Below are positions 23,689 to 38,208 of a stretch of DNA of 64,000 nucleotides, piece by piece. The notes under the pieces were generated by a model. It ran no database searches and was not told the DNA's origin. It saw only the letters and a program-made list of their open reading frames with translations. Position 1 is the first letter of the stretch. Each line of letters opens with the position of its first letter. A program made the translations under genes and the position numbers. Source of the stretch: Chrysomallon squamiferum. Its lineage: Eukaryota > Animalia > Mollusca. Where the stretch lies: assembly GCA_012295275.1 (NCBI GenBank), contig CM022667.1, positions 19,716,001 to 19,780,000 of the forward strand. Direction: 5' to 3'.

Positions 23689-26600
23689 ATGGACGAAAAC
23701 TCTAAAACAGATTGTCCCGTTTGTGGCAAGGTATACCCTGTGACATTAATAACAAATCATGTGAATGACTGCTTAAACAATTCATCTCAGGAAAACGAAA
23801 CATCAAAAAGTCTTGGAAAGCGTAAATCTGAAGCAGCCGACACGATCTCAGCGTGGAGTTTCCTAGCGACAAAATCCACAAAATCGACATCCAACGTAAC
23901 AAGCAAGAAAGTGAAAATAAACGATACCGGTTCCAAAACATCCCCAGATTCCAAGGATATTTACACACATATTAAAGCCTGCTCCAAAAATGAAACTGGT
24001 GAGAAAGATCTGGCAAATAAAAAAGAAATTACAAATAGCAAATTAAGTACAACAAATTCAGAATCGAATCCTACTTCAAAAGAAGATTTTATTCCATTAG
24101 CGGAAAGGATGAGACCAAAAACTTTAGAAAACTTTGTTGGACAAGAAAGTGCTATTGGTAAAAACAGTCTACTTTATTCTCTTTTACGCAGTCGGAATAT
24201 TCCATCAGTTATTTTATGGGGACCACCAGGATGCGGAAAGGTTTAACTTTGATATATAATTGTTTTATTCATTTTATTCCACTTTTTTTTTTAAAAATAA
24301 GTTAGTATATAATACACACATAGGAAACAGACGATTGCCAAGAAGTATTAAAAGAATAACTTCTGAGACAAAGGCCTATATAGTTTGCTATAGTGTATAA
24401 CCTATCACATCATACTTAAAGTAGCCACAGAGTTGGAAACATCAATTATTTATTTAAAAAGCAATTGAAGTCAGACATAGTAACACAGACTTATAAACAG
24501 ATAATGTTAGGACCAATTAAAAGTATACTGAAAAACTTTCTAGTAGAATGTTTGATGTAATATTGGTTAAATGTCTCATTTTGTTTAATAAAATAACTTG
24601 GACACATTAGTATTTTATTAATTCAGACTTTTCAGTTATCAGCCAGAGAATTTTTTTGACATATTTTCTAAATTCTGATTATTGTGTATTTTATATATTT
24701 TGTTTTCTATATTAGTTACCAGAAGTGTCAAACTGTTTGAATGTTTTAAAAAGTACAGTGCAGAATTGAAATAATAAAATTGTGTTTCATGTTTGTTATT
24801 TCAGACCACTCTGGCAAGGATTGTTGCAAACAACTGTAAAAGTTATGGCAATGTGAAATTTGTACAGCTGTCAGCAACAACATCAGGAATTAGTGATGTA
24901 AAACAAGTTATCAGCATTGCAAAAAATGACCAGAAACTGCTGAAACGAAAAACAATTTTGTTTTTAGATGAAATCCACAGATTTAACAAAACACAGCAGG
25001 TGTATGTTTATATGAACTAAAAATGTATTGTGAAATATTTAGAATTTTAATAAATGTATGCAGTATGACAACAGCTAGTCTGTTTACTTAGTTTACAAAG
25101 CAGAAAATAATTCAGGTGCACTTAAATGAAAAAACGAATTTTTATTTTTTTATTTTAGCTAAATCAGGATTTTATGCTTTTTCTACAATTTGTTTTCTTG
25201 GAAACAAATTGATAAATATTAAATTAGAAAGAAATTTTGTTTTAATCTTTTTTTTGTGCATATTATAAAATTATTTTTCTGTTATGAAATAAGGTAACAA
25301 GACTTTTATTATTATTTGTATGTGAGATTTTACTATTGTCATGTTTTTTACTTTAACAGGATTCCTTACTTCCACATGTAGAAGATGGAACTATAGTACT
25401 GATAGGGGCAACGACAGAGAATCCATCCTTTCAAGTAAACAGTGCACTACTTAGCAGGTGCAGAGTTATTGTCCTGGAGAAATTATCAAATGAAGCTGTA
25501 GAAAAAATTTTGTACAGAGCAGTTGAACAGATGAATGTTCATGTCATTGACAGTGACAATGAAATTGATGGTGATGATGATGATGATGAAGACATAACAG
25601 AAAGGTTTATCTAAATTCAATTTGTTTCTGTTATAACATTTCATTTCTTAGATTAATAGAAACTACATACACTAAAATAACTAATGACAGTATTTGATCT
25701 TCAGAGAAATATAATTTAAAGTTTAGCTTTTGAAACTGCTTGTTAATATGTCAGTATATATCTCTGTACAAAATCTTGCAGTAGTGAGCGTTCAATTTCC
25801 AACTGTTAGGTTAGCTTCATGAAATGAAAACTTGTCATGCTGATTGAGCTTTAAACCAAACAAAACAACACGAGGCTGATACAGTCTCGATTGAATTATT
25901 TAACTTGAATTTATTTACAGCTGTTGCATGCGTCAAGCAAAATTTTTAAAAACAAAAATACTGATTAAAATTATTAATATGAGAATTTGTATTTCCTTTC
26001 TTCCAGATACCACTGTTTTCTGTCTTGCAATTTTAATTTTTATTATTATTTTTTTAAATATTTTATCTGCAGACCGTCAGTGTGGATAGAAGATGAGGCT
26101 TTGAAGGCTTTGGCTCTTCTGTGTGACGGAGATGGGCGGACTGCGTTAAATGGCCTCCAGATGGCAGTTGAATCGAGAGTAGCAGATTTCAACCAGCAGA
26201 GTAATTCAGACACACACAAAGTTATCATCACTATTGAACACATCAAGAAAGGTCTGGAAAGATCTCATGTCCCATACGACAAAACAGGTTAGATCAAAAT
26301 ATGCTTAATAAAAAAACACAAAATTTGTATATGTCTTGACAATACACACAAATCATTAGTAAAATACCATTGTTTGTTTAGAAACAGCAGATTATGTTTC
26401 TAAAATAATACCAATCTGATATAATGTAGTCTGCCTGATATAAGCTTTGATATAATCATAACTGTTGAGTTGTTGAATTAAGCAATATAATTTATAATTA
26501 TTTATGTTCAGTGCTAAAAGTTTAAAAAATAATAAATTTAGTGATTTTAACTTGGCTGTACAGGAGAGGAACATTACAACTGTATCTCAGCGATGCACAA

Positions 26601-28146
26601 GTCAGTGCGTGGATCTGATGCCAGTGCGACGTTGTACTGGATGGCCAGGATGTTGGAAGGTGGTGAAACTCCTCTCTATGTTGCCAGGCGACTTGTCAGA
26701 ATGGCAAGTGAAGATATTGGTCAGTTCATGTAATTTTCTTTATGATTCTTGACAGGGATTACTAATAACAGATATTTTCTTTTTGTTTGTGTAAAACCTT
26801 TTAAAGTAGCAATAAAATAATCACAGTAATATACTAAAGCATCATGTTAACTTTTTTTCCATTTCTTTTCATGTCATTTCATATATGCATTTTTAATAAA
26901 CTGGAGGTAACTCCAATCTGAATTTTTAAGTTATTAAATTTGTATCGAGTTAATTCAGGTTATATTTTTTCAGTCCTTAATAATAATGTGATATGCTCAA
27001 AAGAAACTAGTAATTAAATTATTTACTTCATGATATGCAATACAATTATCATTTTACAGGCTTAGCTGATCCCTCTGCATTATTGCAAGCAGTAGCCACA
27101 TACCAGGCATGTCATTTTATTGGTATGCCAGAATGTGAGGTGTGTTTTATTTTATTCCAGGTGATGATTTGTTTAATAGAGTATGAAGCCCACTATTCAC
27201 AACAATATGTGGGTTACTCTTATGTATTAGATCAACAGGTTATTTATAATTAACTGAAACCACAGTTACACCAGTCATATGTCATTGCCATTTGGAAATA
27301 ACATAAGTGGGAATACAAGAAAGCAGAGAACACATCTTCATGTTTGAAATAAAAAAATAATATAAAAGCATGCTACACTATACCAACTGGTACACATTGT
27401 AAACTGCTGTGTACGTCTTCAAAGTGATGTTTACAACTGTAATATCAAACACATTTATTGTTCTGTTCTCATTTCAATTATATATTTATAAGTGCCAAAC
27501 AAAACAAATTTAAGCATAATGATAAATATTAATTTTCACCTGCTAATTTTTTTATGTAATTATTTAATACAGGTGATTCTAGCTCAGTGTGCAACATACC
27601 TGGCCCGAGCACCCAAGTCTGTAGAAGTGTACGAAGCTTACGGCAAAGCTAAGGCAGCAGTGAAGAACCATGAAGGACCTCTTCCTTCAGTTCCACTTCA
27701 TCTGAGAAATGCTCCTACATCTCTGATGAAAAACTTAGGTAACATTTTTTATTATTTTCTATATATAACTATAGTTTGGGACAAACTTATAACATAAGGC
27801 ATCTATTTGGAATTATAACTGTGCAAACATTTACGACATAAATTTGTTCTACTGTTTAGCTGATGTTTTCCCCATTAAAACAAATAACTCATATCTGATT
27901 TATAAAAGGTTTTTCTCTTAAGGTAAAGTTGATCACTGATAAAAGTAGCTCATGGAGTACTGCTTTCGGGTTTCTGTCTTGTATATAACAGTAATCTAAT
28001 AATTGTTAATATTGTTATCTTGTTAATAAACATCTACTTCTAATACAGGTTATGGAAAAGGCTACAAGTACAATCCAGATTTCTCTGAACCTGTGGATCA
28101 GACATACTTGCCAGAATGTTTAACAGACACAGACTTCTTTGAATAA
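23689..28146 (+). CDS. WRNIP1: ATPase WRNIP1 (Mgs1/RarA family AAA+ with N-terminal UBZ4 zinc finger)
   Basis: Exons 23689-24240, 24805-24999, 25360-25604, 26073-26287, 26564-26719, 27060-27139, 27573-27738, 28049-28146, phases consistent. Motifs: [89 protein letters not shown]. Confidence 0.96.
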
Positions 28147-29461
28147 GGCAGTGAAGAGAACATTGACTTTCACGTATTTAAATGATTTAGCATTAAAACA
28201 AAATAACAAAAACAAGATGTCAAAAAAGAAAGATAGTGTAAATAAGAATATGTTGAAAAAAATGGATTTCACGAGTCATGGTATTTGAAGAAAGGATGTT
28301 TTTGAAATAGAAAAATTGATAAGAAAGGGATATTTTTTTATCAGCACCCTCAGGAATCAGTTGACATTGGTAACTTTGTATTATAATAATTAACTAATTC
28401 ATGTCATTATCTGTATCATGTCAATATTATTTCAAAATAATGTCAAAATATTGTAATAAATGTGTACAAAATGGCAGTTGATTTCTTTTTATCATTTTTA
28501 AAATAATTCTTTAATACAAGTGTTTTGCACATTATGAACATTTAATGTATTTATTTATTTATAAACCAACTTACACTATGTTGTTATATACATTCACACT
28601 TTAGTTTTAATTTTAAAACTTTCATACTGCGAGTACATACATGCATAGATGTGTTTAACTTTCAAGGGTTGCTAAATAGTTAAATATTTCTCCATAATAT
28701 TAATATACACAAATACATAGCAATTATATAAATTCATCCATCTATAAATATACATAGACATTTATACAACCCCCCCCAAAAAAAAGTTGGAAATTTGATA
28801 TGATAAAAATTTAATGTAATATTTGTTAATATTCATATTTTAAGTCCCAAATGTTGTGCATTTGACTAACATGTTAAAACCATTTCTATGTCTAAATTAA
28901 AATAAATAAATAAAAGAAAGTGAAGAAAACTTTCCCTACGTGCAATATTATTTAAATATGGTGCCTATTTTTAACAAATGTGACCAGTACTTACAAAATG
29001 CTAAATGTATCAACTCATTAATATGTTTGGAGAAACTTGTTAATTTAATAATCATCTTTTTTCTTTCCTTTTTATTATTATTATTATTATTATTAAAACA
29101 AAATTTAAACTGAATATTTCGTTCATGCGTTAATAATGATACAAATACAGATTATGTAAACAAAATCTTCGTTGTAAAATACTATTACAATCAAAAGTTT
29201 ATTTTTATATTGATAAAATGAATACTCTATTCAACTTTAATCAAATACCAGTTCATAGAAATGGTTTGGATATTATCGGTTAAAAATACAAGACGTATTC
29301 ATTAATGTTGACTTTTACAAGTCTCAAGGTAATCTAACAATGACATAATTATAATATAATCATTATTCAATTTATTGATTATTGGTTATTTTTTTTTTTT
29401 TTACATTTTAATTGAAAATGAATAACTGATAAATGAATTTTAAAAGTTTTTTTTAAAATTA

Positions 29462-29505
<44 letters not shown>

Positions 29506-29962
29506 TCTTGTTGTTGTTGTTTTGTCAGAATATTTAAATAACTAAAACAACTGAATCGCGTTCTTATTAACGAGCACTCACAGTTGACTTGTTAATAGTA
29601 TCATCCAAGGGAAATAACTGCATTGCAAGACCTAAATTATTGTCCGGAGGGACTAGTTATTTTAATATAACATGAGTAAATATTCAACAGCAACAACCAA
29701 AAGTATCATGTTATGATATAATCTTTGTCACGAAATATATCTGCTATTATTGGTTATATTTTATCTTAACCATTGTGCAATTTTAAATCAATGTTTATGA
29801 AGTTTTATTGTATAGTGCTTACCAACACGAACTGATCCAAGAAAATGGCAGCGTCCTGACTATCAAATTTTATCTGATCACTTTCACTTCATGTTTTGGA
29901 CTTGACACAAAATATTTAATATTCGTAATCTGTTCTATATTGTTTTGATACTCCTCATCAGA

Positions 29963-32900
29963 ATGTCCGATACATGGGAGGATTTGCAAGCGATCAAGAG
30001 TCGCCAAAGCAGTCTTCGAGAAAAAATGCGGCAGCGCAAAAAGGAGCGCGCTGGAATGGTAGCTCAGCTGGCCTCCGTAATACCAGAAACAGCAATTGGA
30101 AATGGTATTAACTACGTATGATACGAAATATTTAATGATACAGTGAGAAAATATTTTATTAAAAAGCCATATGAATAATGACATTGTAAAATACTTTCAC
30201 TGTATGGCGAGAGAAAAAATAACGACAAAAAATAATAATTAAAACAAAAAAAGCACAGAAAAAAATACTAAAAAAGGAGAGTTTAAAGTCATTTTAACTT
30301 GACGACAATTAAATAAATCTACCATTTTATAGAAATAATATAAATATGAATTGCGTTTGTTTGTTATGTTTTTAGTTGCTTTTGTTTAAAAAATTAATAA
30401 TAATAGTAAATAAACAAATAAATAAAAATACAAACTAGACATAAAGTATTGCAGTAATAATAATGAAAGACTAGACTAGCATGTATCTATCCACTGTTTA
30501 CATATACATTTCTGGATCTCAAGAAAACATTTTGAGGAAGCCTTGTGTACCTGTACTTAATTATGTCTTATATTGAATTTACAGCAGTAAAGCCTGATAT
30601 ACTGGCACCATCAACCAAATCAACAAGCCCCACAAAAAACACATCAGAAACTGCAGTACCAGATACTCCTAAAATAGAACCTGATATAGAAAAAAAGCTT
30701 CTGCTGGTGTTATGTGACATTGACCTCGAGATTCCATCAGAGGCTCATGTTATAGCTAAGCAGACGTCAAAACTCCTTCGCCGTGAAGTCAAGTTGCAGG
30801 TCATTGAACAGCTTCTTCAGAAATTTGAGGCTCAGCAGATGTTAAGGTAATTATAGCTATTTTGCTTCTTATGTAATTCCACTCTCCATATTTTTGACAG
30901 TCATTAAATTTCAGAAGGTAGACTTTAACAAGCATGAACATATATCAACAGTAACAAATTGTTTTACGGGAAATAGATTTTACATAATCATGATAATGCC
31001 AGAACATTTAAAGTTTTTGTAAGTTTCTTCTCCGAGTGCATTAGATATCATGACATCACAACTGTCTGTGTCTGTCTAGCTAGCTATTCTACATTATTCA
31101 GTAGATAAATAAATATTTTTTATACATGGATAGTGTAAAAACTGTTACATCACGTCTTGAGATTTAATTCATATAATAAATATTAATAATAAAAATATTT
31201 ATCAAAAATATTCACTAAAATAGAAGCAAAATTATTTTGTTGAAAGTGGCTGCTGCAATGACCTATCAGCTTTTAATTAAAATAAACAGCTACCATTGTA
31301 AATAAAACCCAGAAAAACAAAAGATATTTTGAGGACAAAGTTTTATGAGTTTTTATTTTAATTTTAGCATCTTTGTTAAGGAGTCTGGTGGAGCAAACAC
31401 TTTCACAGTTACCTCAGTTGATATATCAAAGGTAGGTAACAATATTTCTTTTTTTAAATTGTATAGCTGTATTTCTAAGACTTAATTTAAATTATTATTA
31501 TATTTTTTTCAATTTACAGTGTAAATACATAAAAAAGAGAGAAATAAAAAATAATACTTAATAATTATTAGTGTTAATTGTGTTTGGATTTGATAATACA
31601 TCAGTATTAAATCTGAAAACAAAGTCAGTTAATTTTCAGATCCAGAGAAAGGTTTCTGTTGTGAAATAATTATTTTTATTTTATTTCATGCTGTCTACCA
31701 TGAAAAATATCCTTCACTGTGGTATTAGGAAAGTGAACTGCTTTTTAAAGTCTCTCATAAATGTCTGCTGTAATATTAATTCATAAACTGTTCCAGTAAT
31801 AAAAACAAAAATAGCAAGTAACAATGTTCTTTCCTTACAGCTTACTGCCTTTAGTGAAGGCCAGGATGGGAAATCAAAGAAGCGGAAACGAGATAGGTAA
31901 AATAAATTATTGATTTAAAATACTGTTTTAAAATACTGTTTTTACATTATTAACATTTATTTTTGACAAAACATATCCAGATTCTGTTCTTTTAATTTTA
32001 TTCCCCCCCCCCTGTTTTGCAGCTCTGAAGAAGAACATGTTCCTAATGCCAAACAGCAGAAACATGACAAAGGAATTTCTCAAGTAGATGACAGCATTGA
32101 GGCAAGTTTTATATATAACTGTGAAATGATTTTCTGTTCTTTATTTTACAGTGAGATTATTTAATTATAAGAAAATATATTGAGTTTTAAATATTTTGAG
32201 ATGATCTTTTTCTCACATGTATATTTCTCTTTAAATATGTCACATTTTTTTTAACATTTGCTTTTAATTTTTTGATATGTTTACATTTGTCTCTATCTGT
32301 AAATTACAGAGTTTGTTGTCCATGCAGTCAGCAAAAGAAAAAGAAGAAAAGAAAATGAATGAAGAAATTTTACAACTTCTGAGCAAACCTACAGCAAAGG
32401 TAAATTAATTGATTTAACAATACATATGCATGAGATAATTTTTATTTTTGAACTGTCACAAGGATCCAATACAGAGGTTTTCTCAACATGTGATTAAACT
32501 AACTGCTTGCTATTAGTAACACTTTTTCAAAATTGACTTTTATCTAGTGCACTATTGGGTCATACATGTTAAATATCTGACAGAAATCTTTTTATGTTGC
32601 AGGTAAATCAAAAGACAGATTGATTTAACCTGAGTAATTTCAGGAATTAGATCAATGTAATTTTTCTTTAAAAATATTCAACATATGCATTTGGTATTAT
32701 CACATTAAAAAGAAATTTCTTTATCTTTTAGGAACAGTACCTGGTTGACAAGTTTAGATCAAGAGGAGGTAAATATTTTCTTCTGTAGTAAAAGCTTAAT
32801 TAAAATATTTTATTTAATCTTACATTTCCATTTCTGTGTTGTTATTAGTAATATTACAGCAACTTTACAATTTTTCATTTAAAGCAACAGCTTGGAAATG

Positions 32901-35900
32901 TAAGGATTTTATGAATAACTGTTAATGTTTTACATGAAATGAATGTAATTTTCATGTTGAGTTCACTCAGACTTTTAGAAAATGTTTGGACTAAATCAGG
33001 ATTCAATCATATTTTGAACTGGATTGTGAGACCACGGCATTGTTAGTGTGTGTGTGTTAGAGGAATTGTTATGAGAAAATAATGTTGTTATCTTACATGT
33101 TTACAATTCTTGATAAACCTCCAATCTTAAGGCTAATTTATAACTGTAGAAGTACACTGTGTGTGATGTTAGCGCAGTATATCAATACAGGTTAAAATTA
33201 CTGGTTTAGTCTTTCACATTTTTCATTCACATCTATAGGACTTGGTAATAACAGTTGTTTTTGAATTCAAGATAGGTAGGTGAGGTGGTATTCAGTAACT
33301 GCTAGACATTTTCTCTTTTTACCCCATCTGTCTGAGTACAACAGTTTCTAAGTGTTTCTAAATTTGAAATTGGTAAACATTAAGTGACTTCTTTCAGGTG
33401 CTCAGTTGAAGGAGTTTTGTCAGTATGGAACACGAGATGAGTGTCTCAAGTATTCGGGTAGTGACAACCTGTGTAAGAAACTTCACTTCAGAAAGATTAT
33501 CAGAAAACACACAGATGGTGAGAAAACTACTTCACATTTTCATTTTACTCAGTAGTATAATAAAGCTGTTTCTTAATTACTGAAACTATAACTAACCAAA
33601 TGTATGGTAAATCCTTGATTTAAAAATTATGTAGTTCCTAAAGTACTGAAAGGAAGCAAAAAGATAACTGTTAAATAATAAGACACAGCAGGTTTGATAA
33701 ATGTACCGGCAGTGTGCATGTGTCAGTATGTGAGTGTGAGTGACTTTTTCTGAGAGGCAGTTGCCTAGAAGAGAAATGTTAATTAAGCATGAACAAACAT
33801 GTATTAAATGAATTGTACGATACAATAAAACGGATCACAGTTTTTCGTAATTTAGTATGTTTTTTTAATAATTCAGATTTGATGTTTATAATTGCAGAAT
33901 CTTTAGGCGATTGTTCTTTTCTCAACACCTGTTTTCACATGGATACATGCAAGGTAACTGATTTCACACAAACCTAGAATTATCACACTGTTAGCTTGAC
34001 TAAAACAAACGGAAAAGATATTTGTACACTTAAAATTGTTGCAGGAAATTGCTAATCTTTTATGTTTGAAAATATTAACACGTTTGAAAATAATTACATA
34101 TACTGTGTTTGAATCAAAATGCTGCTTAAAGTACTGAAGAAAAAAAATAAAGAAAATGACTAAAGTCTAGATGGTATTTTTCTGTTTCAGTATGTACATT
34201 ACGAGATTGATTATCCCAATGTGAAGACAGACCCGGCTCTGTTGAAGAAAGAAAATGCTCTCGCTAACATTGGACATTCCAGTGACTGCTGTCTGTACCC
34301 ACCACAGGTGAGACATTTTTACTACTTTACACATCTCTTTGTTGTATACGATGACTATTTATGGAGTTAAAAATTAACATTTTCATTTTTTATTTTTTTA
34401 ATCCAATGTAATAGTGTGTGTGTGCATGGGGCATGTCACCGCAAATTTTAATTTAAATTTAACAAAATTATAAGCATTATAATTACGGTTATCTCTGTAT
34501 TTAGTGTACCTTCAGCATTTATCTATATACATTTTATCTTATTTTTTTATTTTTTCTAAAAATAACTATATTCAATTATATCTTCATGTTTACATGAAAT
34601 ATACAAAATTATTTGTAATTATGCAGTATTTTTAATTATTATCTTTTAATTCAGTGGATCCAGTGTGACTTGAGAATTTTCAACATGTCTGTGCTTGGCA
34701 AATGTGCTGTTGTGATGGCCGACCCACCCTGGGACATTCACATGGAGCTGCCCTATGGCACCATGAGTGACGATGAGATGAGAAGACTTGATGTGCCAGG
34801 ATTGCAGGATGATGGATTTATATTTCTGTGGGTAACAGGAAGGTGGGTACCACATCAACCACATATCTCACACTTTGGTCTCATTGGAAGATCAGTGTTT
34901 GAACTGGGTAAAATGAAATGTCAACTTTGTTCTTTTTGTTGTCACACTACCAACTGCCAACATCTGATATATGGAAAATCCACACCCATAAATATATATC
35001 ACAAATTCTTTTATTTCACTTTTGTTAATATTTATGCATGATTTCCAACTTTATTCTTAGTATATTTTAAATTTTTTTTTTTTTTTTTATATATAATCAA
35101 AACTACTTATAAAAATAATTTATAACTTATAATAGGAATTTGCATTTGCCTCTTTCTTTGGATACCTATGTTCTCTATTAAGGTGACATCACGCCTTTGT
35201 TTTTTGCTGTGCACAGTGTTAGCTTCAGCTGGCTAGTTTATTTCCATAAAATGACAGAATATAAGCAATTATTATAATTCACTAGATAACAGTAATGTTT
35301 CGATGTGGAAGACATTTCTGTGTTTTTTAATGAAATTAACTGTTATGAACTAGCAAATCAAAATTACTGTGGTGCTTGAAAAGTGGGATATCTCACAGTG
35401 GTATCAGAAAAAACAAGCAGTTAGTTGAAATAGAAATATGTCACACAGACTGAGTACTACCATTGCTCCTTTGTCTTGGATATTAAAGCTGTTCATGTTT
35501 ATTGTTGTTATTGTAAGAAATAACAACTAAGAATATATTTTTTTTGCGATTATTTTCAGAGCCATGGAGCTTGGACGAGAATGTTTGGATCTCTGGGGGT
35601 AAATTTATAATTTTTATATTGATCTGTCTGTCTGTCTGTCTGTCTAGCTATCTGTAAAGTGACCATTTAGCATGGCTTTTAATGATAATACACAACGGAT
35701 CTTGTTGATAGTTTATAACATACTTATGTATTACTTAATAGACTGTTTTATTTTTAAGAATGTAAAAATTTTGTTTCTCGATTTCAAAATTAATCCCTAT
35801 TTGTCTTAAGGGTCCTGGAATCACAAAATATAGGCCTGTGTAGACACACAAAACTTTATTTTTTTAAATTGTCTATTGATATATTTGGTTTTGTTGTGAT

Positions 35901-36180
35901 TGCAAGTTTATGGTCAACATGAACAAATGTTTATTCATGACTGTATTTCAAGTGTGTGTTTTATGTAAATCAGGTACAAGCGCTGTGATGAGCTGATATG
36001 GGTGAAGACCAATCAGCTTCAGCGTATTATCCGCACAGGAAGGACAGGTCATTGGCTCAATCACGGCAAAGAACACTGTCTAGTAAGTAGACTGAATTAA
36101 TTTCTCTCTGACTGAATTGTATTTTTAAAACCTGTAGAAAATTTCTCTGTTATTATTATTTTGAAGTTTCTGTATTGTTG

Positions 36181-36214
<34 letters not shown>

Positions 36215-37594
36215 TATCTTCAATTTAAATTAATACCTTCAGATCACATCTGAATTTTTTTAATGAAAATATGTGTATTTACAGAAAAAAATGTTTCTTA
36301 ATTTACTTTCGTTGCTGTAGCTATTGTAACTCATTAACACAAAAGAACAACAATTAATTCTTTTTATCTATTTTAAATTATTTGTACAAGTAATGAAAGG
36401 TTGTAAAATAATAATTCTTTGCTTGCAGGTGGGAGTGAAAGGAAACCCTAAAGGTGTCAATAAGGGCTTGGACTGTGACGTCATTGTAGCAGAGGTAGAG
36501 TTTTCTCTTCATTTTAAACAATCTAAATCTCTAGCAAATACCCTGCAGCTACAGTTACACTTCATTCTTAAAATATAACCTCTGCATACAGACTGTCTAG
36601 CTGTCTGGGTGATGTTAAGTCACTTTTAAAGATGAAGTCTGTTGTAAAAAGTGTTTAAACTTTAATATATTTAATATTCCAAAAAACCTTTTGTTAGTCG
36701 TACAGATTCAGTTATGTAATATGGAAACATTAAAAATCTTGAATAGATATTTATTCGGATAGTGGTCAATATGAATAGAAAAGATCCTTTGATGCTAATT
36801 AGCAAGATAAGACTACAAAATCAAGCTCAGTTGCATGCCGTCATTACTAAGATCATTGTTAGTAAACACTTTCTGATAGAGATGTGTTGTGTTTTGTGAT
36901 CCTTTAATGTTAATTAATAAGATAATCTCCATTCCATCATTATTAAAATGATTGTTATTAACAGCTCAGTATCGACATGTAGTCAAGTGTGTATTGTGTC
37001 ATTTGATACAGGTGAGAGCTACGAGCCACAAGCCAGATGAAATCTATGGAATCATTGAGAGACTGTCTCCAGGAACAAGAAAGTGTGAATTGTTTGGTCG
37101 ACCTCACAACGTTCAACCCAACTGGTAAGTCAGATTTACATAATTTGTGTTAATGTGTTTTACAGTTAGTCAGTAAATAATCAGAAATTTGATGTAAGTA
37201 TAAAAAGATGTTTGGGGAAACGGTTAAAAATCAGAGAAGCAGATATTTGCTCCTGATTTCTGGAAGCATTCAATGAGACTGAGCAATGCAATGTTTGACC
37301 TACCAGAGAATAAATTTTTATTTTAATTTATATACGCTCAAAACGACTGTATATTAGTAAAATTAGTGTAATATATATATATATATATATATTTCTACAG
37401 TAAAGAGAGAATTATAATTTTGTTGGAAGTATGCTTGTTATGTTTTATTAAGTTAATGTAATTTCATTATTTTGACTAGGATCACCTTAGGCAATCAGGT
37501 AGAAGGAGTGCGGCTAAAAGACCCTGATGTGGTGAAAGCTTTCAGAGAACACTATCCTGACGGTAACTGCATGGGACCTCCGAAAGACAGGTGA
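29963..37594 (+). CDS. METTL3: N6-adenosine methyltransferase catalytic subunit (MT-A70)
   Basis: Exons 29963-30104, 30585-30846, 31368-31431, 31841-31896, 32023-32101 (GC donor), 32310-32399, 32732-32768, 33398-33517, 33898-33953, 34191-34307, 34655-34842, 35560-35598, 35974-36082, 36429-36494, 37012-37124, 37480-37594. Motifs: N-terminal MSDTW..SLREK, CCCH fingers ([26 protein letters not shown]), catalytic [57 protein letters not shown]. Confidence 0.97.
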
Positions 37595-38208
37595 CAGGGC
37601 TAGATCACAGGATTTTCACCAAGCAGACAATCAACATGAATTTCACATTGATGTAAGTGATAGAAACTTAGAGACAAGCCTCACATGACAAGTTGACGTC
37701 TAAGTCATATTCTGCAGTGACAGTGTCATGACATACTGAAAGACTTGAAAGAATACACAACACTGAAACAGTTTGTGACAATTGAATACATTCACATTAA
37801 AGTTTTTATACAAAACAGTATGGTTAATGTATTATATTGTCTGTAAAAAAATCAAAACCAAAAAAAATCACCCTTTTGTTAGTACATTGTAAATTAAAAT
37901 GCTCTGGTTTATTTCTTAAATAACTGCTAATTGCAACCACATTTAGTTTATAATAAAAATATAGCATCCAGATTGAATATAGGATTTATTGTTTTGCAGA
38001 TAGAAAATAATAAAGAACAAATGAAATGTTTCTATGCAAAATATGCAAAACATGCATATGATTGTCTACTGATGTACAGTTAACAAATAATTTAGTTCAT
38101 GACAATAAAATCATTGGTGTACACATTTTTGTACCATTATTGAAAATTATTTGTATTTTCTGGGTTTTTTTTTTTTTTTTGTTTTGTTTTTTATTTTTTA
38201 TTATTATT

